From positions 6,656,001-6,720,000 of the forward strand of contig OZ244207.1 of the NCBI GenBank assembly GCA_965216875.1: a DNA stretch of 64,000 nt. Direction: 5' to 3'. Source of the DNA: Rubripirellula sp. (lineage in GTDB: Bacteria; Planctomycetota; Planctomycetia; Pirellulales; Pirellulaceae). Below the pieces are notes generated by a model. That model searched no databases. It was not told the origin of the DNA and saw only the letters and a program-made list of their open reading frames with translations. Shown here piece after piece: positions 37,709 to 45,939 of this stretch (the first letter of the stretch is position 1; every line of letters begins with the position of its first letter). A program made the translations under genes and the position numbers.

Positions 37709-38332
37709 ATGACGGCGAAGACGAAGACGCCCAAACGTCGCAAGAGCCCGAAGCGAGCCGCGGTCATTAAGGCGGCCACCGAAGAGTTTCTCTCACGCGG
37801 ATTCGAGGGGACGAGCATGGACCGGATTGCCGAGTCGGCGAATGTCTCAAAACGGACGGTCTATGATCACTTTCCCAGCAAAGACGATCTGTTTCAGGCA
37901 ATCGTTGACGAGATTCTGCAACGTGTTGAAGAGATGCCAGTCCATGAGTACTCCGCAGACGAGCCGTTGGACGAACAATTGCGCGAGATTGGCAGCTTGT
38001 TTGCAAACACCATCACCGGCCGACAATTCATGAAGCTTTCCAAGGTCGTGATCGCTTGCTTTATCCAGTCGCCCGATTGGGCTCATAACACCATGAAGGC
38101 CTATGATCGCTTGCGTCGGGACATGATTGCTTTCTTTAAGGCGGGAAAGAAAGATGGTCGTCTCAAGATCAGTAACCCCGAGAGAGCGGCGGCGCAGTTT
38201 TGCGGTTTGATCAAGGAGGTGGCATTTTGGCCAGAGCTGATGGCTGGTCAAAAGCCGGTCACTTCACGAGAACGAAACGCCGCAGTCAAAGAGGCTGTCG
38301 ACATCTTCCTGGCGCACTACGCCATTCCCTAG
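37709..38332 (+). CDS. TetR/AcrR family transcriptional regulator
   Basis: AATEEFLSRGFEGTSMDRIAESANVSKRTVYDHFPSKDDLF. Confidence 0.95.
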   Translation: MTAKTKTPKRRKSPKRAAVIKAATEEFLSRGFEGTSMDRIAESANVSKRTVYDHFPSKDDLFQAIVDEILQRVEEMPVHEYSADEPLDEQLREIGSLFANTITGRQFMKLSKVVIACFIQSPDWAHNTMKAYDRLRRDMIAFFKAGKKDGRLKISNPERAAAQFCGLIKEVAFWPELMAGQKPVTSRERNAAVKEAVDIFLAHYAIP

Positions 38333-38361
38333 TCAGAAAAATGCTCGAGTGTCGATTTGGG

Positions 38362-38838
38362 TTAAGCTGAGGCAGGCTCGCGCAAGTGGTGATACCCGAA
38401 TTGAAAGTTGCGGCATCGCAGATAAGACGGGGGTAGATCTGCATCGACAGGATCGATTGGAACTTGTTCTGTGTGAGTGACAAGAACGTCGATGCGATCG
38501 TCATGAATTTCCACGCAGCCTTCCAAGCTCGGTTTCAATGCGAGATGGAAATTGTCTTCGTAGCGGCTGGTGACTCCGCAAAGGTACACGAAGGGGGCGG
38601 GATATTCATCGAGAGAAAACTTGACCTCCAGCGGAATCTCGCTGGAGCGGTGATCGTATTTGAAACGTTGCGTTTTCTTTCCCTTCAAGCACTTCTGGCA
38701 ATGGTGCCGCGGGTCAAACCCCGTCACGTACATCAGCCAAAGCCAACGAAACGCGCGTCCTCGCACCACGAGGCTTATCGTGGCCGCCGATTCCCCTTCA
38801 CCAAATTTCACCATACGCCTCTTTCCGCCGGTAAGCAC
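38362..38838 (-). CDS. Hypothetical Cys/His-containing protein
   Basis: 158-aa ORF filling the gap; HHCQKC, YLCG and RCRN; start uncertain. Confidence 0.6.
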   Translation of the reverse strand: MLTGGKRRMVKFGEGESAATISLVVRGRAFRWLWLMYVTGFDPRHHCQKCLKGKKTQRFKYDHRSSEIPLEVKFSLDEYPAPFVYLCGVTSRYEDNFHLALKPSLEGCVEIHDDRIDVLVTHTEQVPIDPVDADLPPSYLRCRNFQFGYHHLREPASA

Positions 38839-39024
38839 GATTTTGCAGCCGCACCCGACGTTCCTGTTTACTTGTGATACACAGGGCTTCTCCCCGACCA
38901 GAATCTACCTGTTAGTTGTCCCGTTTCAATTCGAGTTTCAGGCAATGCCCCCAATGAACAATGTCAATTTGTTTACATCAACGGCGATAGGTGTAAGTAT
39001 GTATGGACGAAACCTGACCTATCG

Positions 39025-39111
39025 ATCAGCCGCAGAGCGCTAGCTCGCGGTTTCTTCGGTTTAGGCGACTCGCAGCATGTAAGAACCGCACACTATCGCG
39101 TTGCGGCTGAT
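39025..39111. repeat. Inverted REP pair upstream of the Y1 transposase
   Basis: ATCAGCCGCAGAGCGCTAGCTCGCGGTT (39025-39052) and inverted copy AACCGCACACTATCGCGTTGCGGCTGAT (39084-39111). Confidence 0.85.
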
Positions 39112-39127
39112 GGTATGGGGCAATGCC

Positions 39128-39610
39128 ATGAACGAGGATCCGCTCGGTTTCTTCATCACTTGGACGGTTTACGGCACTTGGCTGCAAGGCGACGAGCGCG
39201 GCTGGCGTCGGTATCGAGGTGGGCACAAGACACCGCAACCGCTCTTGGCAGATTGGCGTCGGGAGCGGTTACTGCATCCGATATTGCTTCTGACCGACAA
39301 ACATAGGGAATGCGTTTCCCACGAGATTGAATCACACTGCACTCGACGCGGTTGGAAGCTGTGGGTGGCCAACCCACGAACCAACCATGTCCACGTGGTT
39401 GTTACAGCAGTCGGATACGATGGGGCGCGAGTCCGAGATCAATTGAAGGCCAATGCAACACGCGGCTTGCGTGAATTTGACGCCCGATTTACCGGCCGCC
39501 CCGTATGGACCCGCGGTGGAGATTGGCAATGTGTAAACACAGAAGACGACCTCGCAGCGGTCATCCTATACGCAAGTGAAGTGCAAGACGCAAGACACCA
39601 AGATGAATGA
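39128..39610 (+). CDS. Y1/HUH (IS200-like) transposase, REP-associated (RAYT-like)
   Basis: FFITWTVYG, HUH motif NHVHVVV, WTRGG and catalytic YxxxQ-like (LYASEVQ); flanked by palindromes; no tnpB. Confidence 0.85.
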   Translation: MNEDPLGFFITWTVYGTWLQGDERGWRRYRGGHKTPQPLLADWRRERLLHPILLLTDKHRECVSHEIESHCTRRGWKLWVANPRTNHVHVVVTAVGYDGARVRDQLKANATRGLREFDARFTGRPVWTRGGDWQCVNTEDDLAAVILYASEVQDARHQDE

Positions 39611-39628
39611 CCATCAACGTCTACCAAC

Positions 39629-39807
39629 ATCAGCCGCTGAGCGATAGCTCGCGGTTCTCGATTCTGGGCAGGATGTAGGAACGGCACGCTATCGCGTCGC
39701 GGCTGATGGGTTCATGGGCAGGGGCTAGAAACCGTACGCTATCGCGTGGCGGCTGATGGGTTCATGGGCAGGAGTCAGAAACCGCAGGCTATCGTGTGGC
39801 GGCTGAT
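39629..39807. repeat. REP array downstream of the Y1 transposase
   Basis: One forward unit (39629-39656) and three inverted units at a 50-bp period (39680, 39730, 39780). Confidence 0.88.
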
Positions 39808-39815
39808 TGTCAGGC

Positions 39816-41318
39816 CTACCTGTTGTCGCGGTATTGCTCGACGGCTTGATCACCCGGGTACTTTGGGACGCCGCCGATGTACGGGTAGGCATCGAACTGC
39901 ACTTCAGCTGACGTTTCCCGCGGGTCTTCGAGCTTGACCAGTGCCGCGGATAAGCGGGTCGACAGCTCCTTTTTGACTTTGGCGTACTCAGGTTGACCGG
40001 CAACGTTGATGACTTGATCGGGATCATCGGCCACAACGTACAGCTCCTCGGCTGGGCGTTTGCCGAAACTCAACTGGTAATGCTCCTTGATGCTCGGGTC
40101 GGCATCGCGGTTGATCCATAGGTACGACTTGGTTGGCCCATTGTCGCAATCACCGAGCCAAGCTCCCTTTTTGTAGGCGGTCGCGTGGTCCGGCGTTCCA
40201 GCGGGCCAGCGGTCCGGCGCGTAATTGCGAATGTAAAGGTATTCGTCGGTGCGGATTGCGCGCGATGGATAACCGTCGTCGTTATCGTGCTGGCAATCCG
40301 TATGCCGCTCGCGTCCGTAAACGATGGCGTCCCGGTCCGTTTGCAGACGCCCCGCTTTATCGCTGTTGAGAATCGTGACCAACGAACGCCCCGTCATCGA
40401 ATCCGGAACGGCAACCCCTGCAGCCTCGAGAAAGGTTGGTGCAAGGTCGGTGGTGGAAACAAAGTCGGTCACCGTTCGTCCCGGTTTGACTATCCCGTTT
40501 CCCCAGCGGATCGCCAACGGAACACGGCTTCCCCAGTCGTACAGGTTTCCTTTGCAGCGTGGAAACGGCATGCCGTGATCGCCAGACATCGCGATCACCG
40601 TGTTCTCGAGCTGACCGGCTTCTTCGAGCAATTGAAGCGCTTCGAGCACGTCGTTGTCCCAACGCTCAACTTCGAAATAGTAGTCGGCGATATCGCTGCG
40701 GACTTCCTCGACATTCGGATAGAAATCGGGCACGGGAACTTTGTCGATGTCCATGCCGCTCTGACGCCCGGTGCCTTTCTTGTAAGCCCGATGTGGGTCC
40801 GACGTACCGAACCAAAAGCAAAATGGCTTTTGCGGATCTCGGTCCTGCATGAATTTCGCGAAGCTTTGTTGCTTGCCACAGGGATGCGATTGGTACCCGC
40901 CTTGAGCATACTTGCCGGGGCCCCATGCCTTTCGCCAATGCCCTGTTTGGTAACCTGCTTGCTCGAGCAAGCGGACGAACGTCGGATGCTTGAAGTCGAG
41001 GGCCCCGTACAGATTGGCGCCGGTCCCCAAACGAAAGAACTGCTGACCGGTGAGAACGGCGTTACGCGACGGCGTGCATGACGGAGAGGAGATGAAGGCG
41101 TGCTCGAACAACACGCCCTCTTTCGCCAACCGATCAAACGCTGGTGTTTTGACGACCGGATCACCGTAAGCTCCAGCATGCGGCCAGCCCCAGTCGTCTG
41201 CGAAACAGAACAGGATGTTCGGCCGGCTTTTACGATCGGAATCAGCAGCATCGGCAGTCTGCGGTTGCCCGGCAAAACCAGCGAGAGCAACAAACGCTAT
41301 CCAGCAAACGATTCTCAT
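39816..41318 (-). CDS. Sulfatase (heparan N-sulfatase-like)
   Basis: Signal peptide; PNILFCFADD, CTPSRNAVLTG, DPHRAY and GDHGMPFPRCK. Confidence 0.92.
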   Translation of the reverse strand: MRIVCWIAFVALAGFAGQPQTADAADSDRKSRPNILFCFADDWGWPHAGAYGDPVVKTPAFDRLAKEGVLFEHAFISSPSCTPSRNAVLTGQQFFRLGTGANLYGALDFKHPTFVRLLEQAGYQTGHWRKAWGPGKYAQGGYQSHPCGKQQSFAKFMQDRDPQKPFCFWFGTSDPHRAYKKGTGRQSGMDIDKVPVPDFYPNVEEVRSDIADYYFEVERWDNDVLEALQLLEEAGQLENTVIAMSGDHGMPFPRCKGNLYDWGSRVPLAIRWGNGIVKPGRTVTDFVSTTDLAPTFLEAAGVAVPDSMTGRSLVTILNSDKAGRLQTDRDAIVYGRERHTDCQHDNDDGYPSRAIRTDEYLYIRNYAPDRWPAGTPDHATAYKKGAWLGDCDNGPTKSYLWINRDADPSIKEHYQLSFGKRPAEELYVVADDPDQVINVAGQPEYAKVKKELSTRLSAALVKLEDPRETSAEVQFDAYPYIGGVPKYPGDQAVEQYRDNR

Positions 41319-41380
41319 GGTGTGTCTCTCCAGGTCGATCTCGGTTGTCCGACGGATATTGTCGGTTCGATTGATCGTGT

Positions 41381-41519
41381 CATCAACCGCCGCCCGTAGT
41401 GGATGAGGCAACGAATCCCAGAGCGAGAACTCTCGGGCGCCCGCCGAAGACGAATGGAACGTGGTGGATCCGTAGATAAAAGGGACTCGTGGCCTCGTCC
41501 ACTACTTTAGAACTTGAAT
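41381..41519 (+). repeat. 139-bp direct repeat, copy 1 (contains a GTAG-type inverted REP pair)
   Basis: Closely matches 43132-43270; GTAGTGGATGAGGCAACGAATCCC ... GGGACTCGTGGCCTCGTCCACTAC. Confidence 0.9.
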
Positions 41520-41571
41520 ACCGTGTGCCCGCCGTCGACAACATGCTTCTTTACGAACCCTGTGCTCGCTG

Positions 41572-42657
41572 TCATTTTCGGTTCGACACTGGTCGATAGC
41601 TTTTCACCGTTGCGTTCAGTGCGTGACCGAGCTGCCTTAGGTCACCGAGCTTTTCTCGCACATCGCTATTTCCGAGGAATCCGAATAGGAATTTTTGGTG
41701 CTGCTGGTCTGTGAGTTCACGGAAGTCACCGGCAACGTCGCCCGCTCCCGACGCGTTGATGTCGAGGTACAAAGGCTTTGCCGACGGTTCAAAGCTAAAG
41801 TCATCCAATGAGAACCAGCGAATCTGTTTGTTTTCGCGGGTTCGGTAAAACACTTTTGCATTCGACACGTCATACACGATACTCCAGACCGTGAACTGTC
41901 CTTGGGCGATAGCGTCCAAATGATGGAAGGCGTACTCCCTATCGGCGCTGGCTGATTCGCTTTTAAAGTCGACGGCGCACTTAGCCGCCCGCGCGAATCT
42001 GTGTAGTGAATTTTGACCTGCGGGAACAGCGTTTGAGCCATTGGCCGCCGCGTAATTTGCTCGAAACTCTATTGACTGCTGATAGGTATTGTTAGCGAGC
42101 GCTCTCGGTGAATCTCGATGGACCACCATCTCGCCGTTTAAGAACTCGATCGATGCAGACTTGCCAGAAGCGTCGCAGATCAGGTAGTGAATCTTCGACT
42201 CCCCAATCGGAGCTTCATGGCGAATGAACTCGTTCGTGGCAAGAACTTCGTCCACCGACCGACAGTTATCCAGCTGATACTGGATCCATTGCAGCATGCT
42301 TATGGCAGGACGTTCGTCCGATGTGGGGTATTTGCTTTCCATGAGCATCATTTGTTCGACAACGAGCCCAGTTTCGTTGATGCCGCCGTATGGCATTTCT
42401 CGACCAAATTGATTGAATGTCACGCTTCCATACTTCGAGGTCCAGCGTGCGGGTTTCTCTGGGGGCAACACAAATGCGGTTTTCTCGATGCCCTTCTGGT
42501 TGACGACGATGAAACCATCGCTCCAGTGCCAGTCAAGATTCCGCGCAAACATAATGACGGATCCGTCATGGAGCACGAATGTGGTGCAAGCGTTGCACGG
42601 GTAGGCGAGCCCAATCGAAAGGATAACGAAGGCGAAATAGATTAGCTGTTTATTCAC
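41572..42657 (-). CDS. Linear amide C-N hydrolase (choloylglycine hydrolase/penicillin V acylase family), secreted
   Basis: Signal peptide ending CNA, then nucleophile CTTF; FARNLDW, GGINETGL, WIQYQLD and LANN; GTG start after GAGGA. Confidence 0.9.
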   Translation of the reverse strand: MNKQLIYFAFVILSIGLAYPCNACTTFVLHDGSVIMFARNLDWHWSDGFIVVNQKGIEKTAFVLPPEKPARWTSKYGSVTFNQFGREMPYGGINETGLVVEQMMLMESKYPTSDERPAISMLQWIQYQLDNCRSVDEVLATNEFIRHEAPIGESKIHYLICDASGKSASIEFLNGEMVVHRDSPRALANNTYQQSIEFRANYAAANGSNAVPAGQNSLHRFARAAKCAVDFKSESASADREYAFHHLDAIAQGQFTVWSIVYDVSNAKVFYRTRENKQIRWFSLDDFSFEPSAKPLYLDINASGAGDVAGDFRELTDQQHQKFLFGFLGNSDVREKLGDLRQLGHALNATVKSYRPVSNRK

Positions 42658-42769
42658 CGGTCTTTCCTCGACAGTGAGTTCGTGCTGAGACTTTCTCAAC
42701 TGTATGTGCTCGGCGGCGCTTGAGCAACCTTGCGTCCGCTGGAGTGCTCACGTGGAATGCCCGGGCAAT

Positions 42770-43131
42770 AGCGAGACGAGCAACTGATGAACCGACATCG
42801 CGGACGTTACTGAGATGCGATTGAGAAGGCGCCTTTCGTCGACGAGATTTGGGCGACCGATTTGATGTACCTGAAAATCAATGACGAGCAATACTACTTG
42901 GTGACATTCATCGATGAGTACTCGCGCTACCTGGTCCACTGGGAACTGCTCACCAGCATGAAGGGCCACTCGATCAGTACATCCGCAGTGACAATGGCGG
43001 CGGCGACATCTCTGGTGAGTTCGCTGGTTTGCTTTCGCATCACGAGCTAACCCATCAACGGATTCGAACTCACTGCCCAGAAGAATACTGCATCCAGGAA
43101 CGATTCAATCTAAGGTTTCGCGAAGGCATTC
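42770..43131 (+). pseudogene. IS3-family transposase (rve/DDE core) remnant
   Basis: ...GRY*DAIEKAPFVDEIWATDLMYL...YYLVTFIDEYSRYLVHWEL, then a frameshift/deletion to IRSDNGG...QERFN; in-frame stop; truncated; left boundary approximate. Confidence 0.85.
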
Positions 43132-43270
43132 CATCAACCGCCGCCCGTAGTGGAAGAGGCAACCAATCCCAGAGCGAGATCTCTTGGAAGCCCGCCGGAG
43201 GTGGTAGGAACGTGGTGGATCCGTAGATAAAAGGGACTCGTGGCCTCGTCCACTACTTTAGAACTTGAAT
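43132..43270 (+). repeat. 139-bp direct repeat, copy 2
   Basis: Matches 41381-41519 and includes the last codons and stop of the 43258-44187 gene. Confidence 0.9.
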
Positions 43271-44187
43271 CCCGATCGCTCGTCTGGAGTTGCCGGACGC
43301 ACGTTGCCATTGCAACCCTTGTCGTTTGAGCATCTCCCGCTTCCCACAAGAAGTCGTCCATCGGTCATGCCTTCGATCCCGAGTGAGCAGTCGACTTCGA
43401 AACGCCCTTTCATTTGAAAATTGGTGTCGGTGACGAGCAAGATTTTGGGATCGCCGTAGCAGCCGAACCACCAGCGGTCATGGGCGAAGGTTGCCGTTTG
43501 AATGCCAAGATGCGTGTGCCCGCTGTCGACAACATGCTTCTTAAGAAACTTGAACTCGCTGTCATACTCGTACACGTAATTTTCTTCGAAGCTATTGGGC
43601 AAGCCACCGACGACAAAGAAATGGCCGTCGCGATTACCGATCCCGCCGGCCCCATAAATGACCTCTTGCGTCTCGTGTCGGGCGACCTCGTTCAGTGTTT
43701 TTGCATCGTAGACGTAGACCCATGAATCAGCATTGCCATTTGGATCATTGAACTTGCCGAGGTTCACAGCAACATAGATCTTTCCTTCAACGTGGCAGAG
43801 GTCGCCATGATGGTTGGCCACTGGGACTTGCTTCAGCAGCTTTCCCGTTAGGTCAGTCTTGACCAATGTTGTCGTGAACGACCAATAGATAGACGCATGG
43901 TCCGCGCAGATTCCTTGCAAGTGATGCTTGTATGAACCATCGCAGTTAACCATTCCTATCGGTTGCTGTTTCTGGTTGAGAGCGACGAGTCTTTGGGGGT
44001 AATCGGTGGAGAGCGGGTCAACTCCCATCTCAAGCGTCTTGAACAAGGTTGCGTGGTCAGTGACCGTCCACGCACCAACTTCGAGACCAGCTGCTTTGAG
44101 TTTGTGAGAGTTACCTCGAAGAGCGGTCTCATCACCCAACGCTGCCGTCGCAGCCAGTAGCAAGACGGATGACATCAAAGTTCGCAT
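43258..44187 (-). CDS. Secreted hypothetical protein (GDPD C-terminal fragment + beta-rich domain)
   Basis: Signal peptide; GLEVGAWTV...MGVDPLSTDYP; then HHLQGIC...HHGDL...SWVYVYD beta-strand repeats. Confidence 0.7.
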   Translation of the reverse strand: MRTLMSSVLLLAATAALGDETALRGNSHKLKAAGLEVGAWTVTDHATLFKTLEMGVDPLSTDYPQRLVALNQKQQPIGMVNCDGSYKHHLQGICADHASIYWSFTTTLVKTDLTGKLLKQVPVANHHGDLCHVEGKIYVAVNLGKFNDPNGNADSWVYVYDAKTLNEVARHETQEVIYGAGGIGNRDGHFFVVGGLPNSFEENYVYEYDSEFKFLKKHVVDSGHTHLGIQTATFAHDRWWFGCYGDPKILLVTDTNFQMKGRFEVDCSLGIEGMTDGRLLVGSGRCSNDKGCNGNVRPATPDERSGFKF

Positions 44188-44412
44188 GGTCGCCTTTCAT
44201 AGATATGCAAATCGAAGTGTACAAATCTAACAAAACGCCATCCGAGGCGAGCGGCAACACCGGATGGTCAATCGATGGCGGTGAGAGTGCCACGAATAGC
44301 ACGAATCGATCGAATGAGCCGCCAGGAGTAGATCGGCAAACGCCGCAGAAAACCCGAAGGGGTGACTCGATTCGTTCCAAGCGACCTCTACGTCCCGAAC
44401 GTAATAGGTGGA

Positions 44413-45246
44413 TTATGGGGTGAGGCGGAGGGTTGTTGCTTCTCCGCTTTCGATTTGTTGGGGGCCGGTTTCGGTGTTGATCTTGAGGTGGCCGGTGTCG
44501 GTGATGCCTTGGCAGTGACCCTGCTGCGCTCCTGACGGACTTTGGAATTGGATGGTTTGGCCGGTCAATAGACATCGCTTGCGGAAGTCGGTCAGGACTT
44601 CGGATGGGTCGGTTCCGAGTTCCGTGATCGACTCGATGATCTGTTCAATGACGATGGGCAGCAAGTCGTAGCGATTGGTGAGCGTCCCAGTGACTTGCGC
44701 TAACGATCGCGCTGGGGCTGCCGATGTGTGGTCGTCAATCTCAGGTGTTGTGCCAACGTTGATGCCGACTCCGATCACCACTTGCTGTGGCTGCGCGGGA
44801 CTCGTTTCCATCAAGATGCCGGCGACCTTACCAGAATCAATGTAGACATCGTTGGGCCACTTGAGCCTGGATTGCAGCGGTGCGAATGAGTATTCGATCG
44901 ATCGGGCGATGGCGACTCCAACGGCGATCGACAACAGCCGACCCACGTCTTCGCTCTCGGGTTGGAAAGGAACGAGCAACGAGAAGGTGAGCGTACCGCC
45001 GTCGCTTTGCCATGACCGTCCATGTCGACCTCGGCCAGACGTTTGCTGGTCGGCAAGGTACAGGCGAGGAAGATCGCCAAGCGACGTATCGAGTTCGCCG
45101 TTTTGCAGGTCACTGATCGCCAATGTATTGGTCGAACCCGCTTCGGCATGGTAAACGGCTGAGTTGCAGACTCCTTCTTCGATCAGCGACTCGATCGCAC
45201 GCCGACCAGACGAGTCGATTGGCCCGACAGCAGTGATGTTCGTCAT
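44413..45246 (-). CDS. birA: Biotin--[acetyl-CoA-carboxylase] ligase (no N-terminal HTH)
   Basis: GSTN, QTSGRGRHGRSW, KWPNDV, KVAGIL and GVGINV. Confidence 0.93.
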   Translation of the reverse strand: MTNITAVGPIDSSGRRAIESLIEEGVCNSAVYHAEAGSTNTLAISDLQNGELDTSLGDLPRLYLADQQTSGRGRHGRSWQSDGGTLTFSLLVPFQPESEDVGRLLSIAVGVAIARSIEYSFAPLQSRLKWPNDVYIDSGKVAGILMETSPAQPQQVVIGVGINVGTTPEIDDHTSAAPARSLAQVTGTLTNRYDLLPIVIEQIIESITELGTDPSEVLTDFRKRCLLTGQTIQFQSPSGAQQGHCQGITDTGHLKINTETGPQQIESGEATTLRLTP

Positions 45247-45518
45247 TGCTGTACCATCGCTTGAAGGTAGGTCCAGGCGACAAACGCGATGAGCAGCAAG
45301 AGGACGGCGGCTACGAAACGCCAATGGGGTGCAAGCGTCGTACTGGTCTGTGACCCCGAGAATTCACGTTCGATGAATTCTTCGTAGCCCTCATCGTCGT
45401 CTTCGTCGCTTTCCCATTCGTCGCGCCAGCCGTCGCTATCGCTGCTGCCGCAGTGACGACAAAACTTCGCGTCTTCGCGGATGTCGGCGCCGCAGTGGGG
45501 ACAGGGGACGTAGGTCAT
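45243..45518 (-). CDS. Zinc-ribbon domain membrane protein
   Basis: CPHCG...FCRHCG, acidic linker and C-terminal TM helix; overlaps the birA start (ATGA). Confidence 0.8.
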   Translation of the reverse strand: MTYVPCPHCGADIREDAKFCRHCGSSDSDGWRDEWESDEDDDEGYEEFIEREFSGSQTSTTLAPHWRFVAAVLLLLIAFVAWTYLQAMVQQ

Positions 45519-45602
45519 CGAGTTGGTTGGGATTCAGCGAATGGTTTGGGCGTGAATACAACCTACAGGATGATTCGGTGGGTGGTGAGTGGGTTAGGGG
45601 AA

Positions 45603-45920
45603 CCACGAATGACACGAATCGAACGAATGGTGCGCACAAAGGTTCGTAGTACCGAGCTTTAGCCGGAATCTTAGTGTTTGCGGCCTGGCGGGTGAGGAAC
45701 GGGCCGCCAACGCCGCAGATTGGAGTTGCGCTTCCGTCAGTAGGGATCCTCGCCCAAGTTCACCCAGGGGAACCGCGATCGCGTAAGCGGCCGGGCCTTG
45801 CTCGCCTTCACCCGAGCGGCGCGCCGGCAAGGGCCCGAGGCCTCACGGCCAGCGGCTCACCGTATCGGGGGACGCGGAGCGTCCGAAGGGTGCGTTCCCA
45901 CGCGGGAGCGTGGGAACGAG
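45603..45920. repeat. Mosaic of several REP-like families
   Basis: CCACGAAT..CACGAAT; GTAGTACCGAGCTTTAGCCGG; CCGCGATCGCGTAAGCGGCCGGGCC; GCCCGAGGCCTCACGGCCAGCGGCTCAC; GTTCCCACGCGGGAGCGTGGGAAC. Confidence 0.75.
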
Positions 45921-45939
45921 GTGGAGGTGTGAAGCGTGA

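Noticed and set aside
39680..39807. 50-bp periodic repeat as a CRISPR array
   Set aside because: The inter-repeat segments are nearly identical rather than unique, inverted copies exist, there are no cas genes, and it flanks a Y1 transposase.
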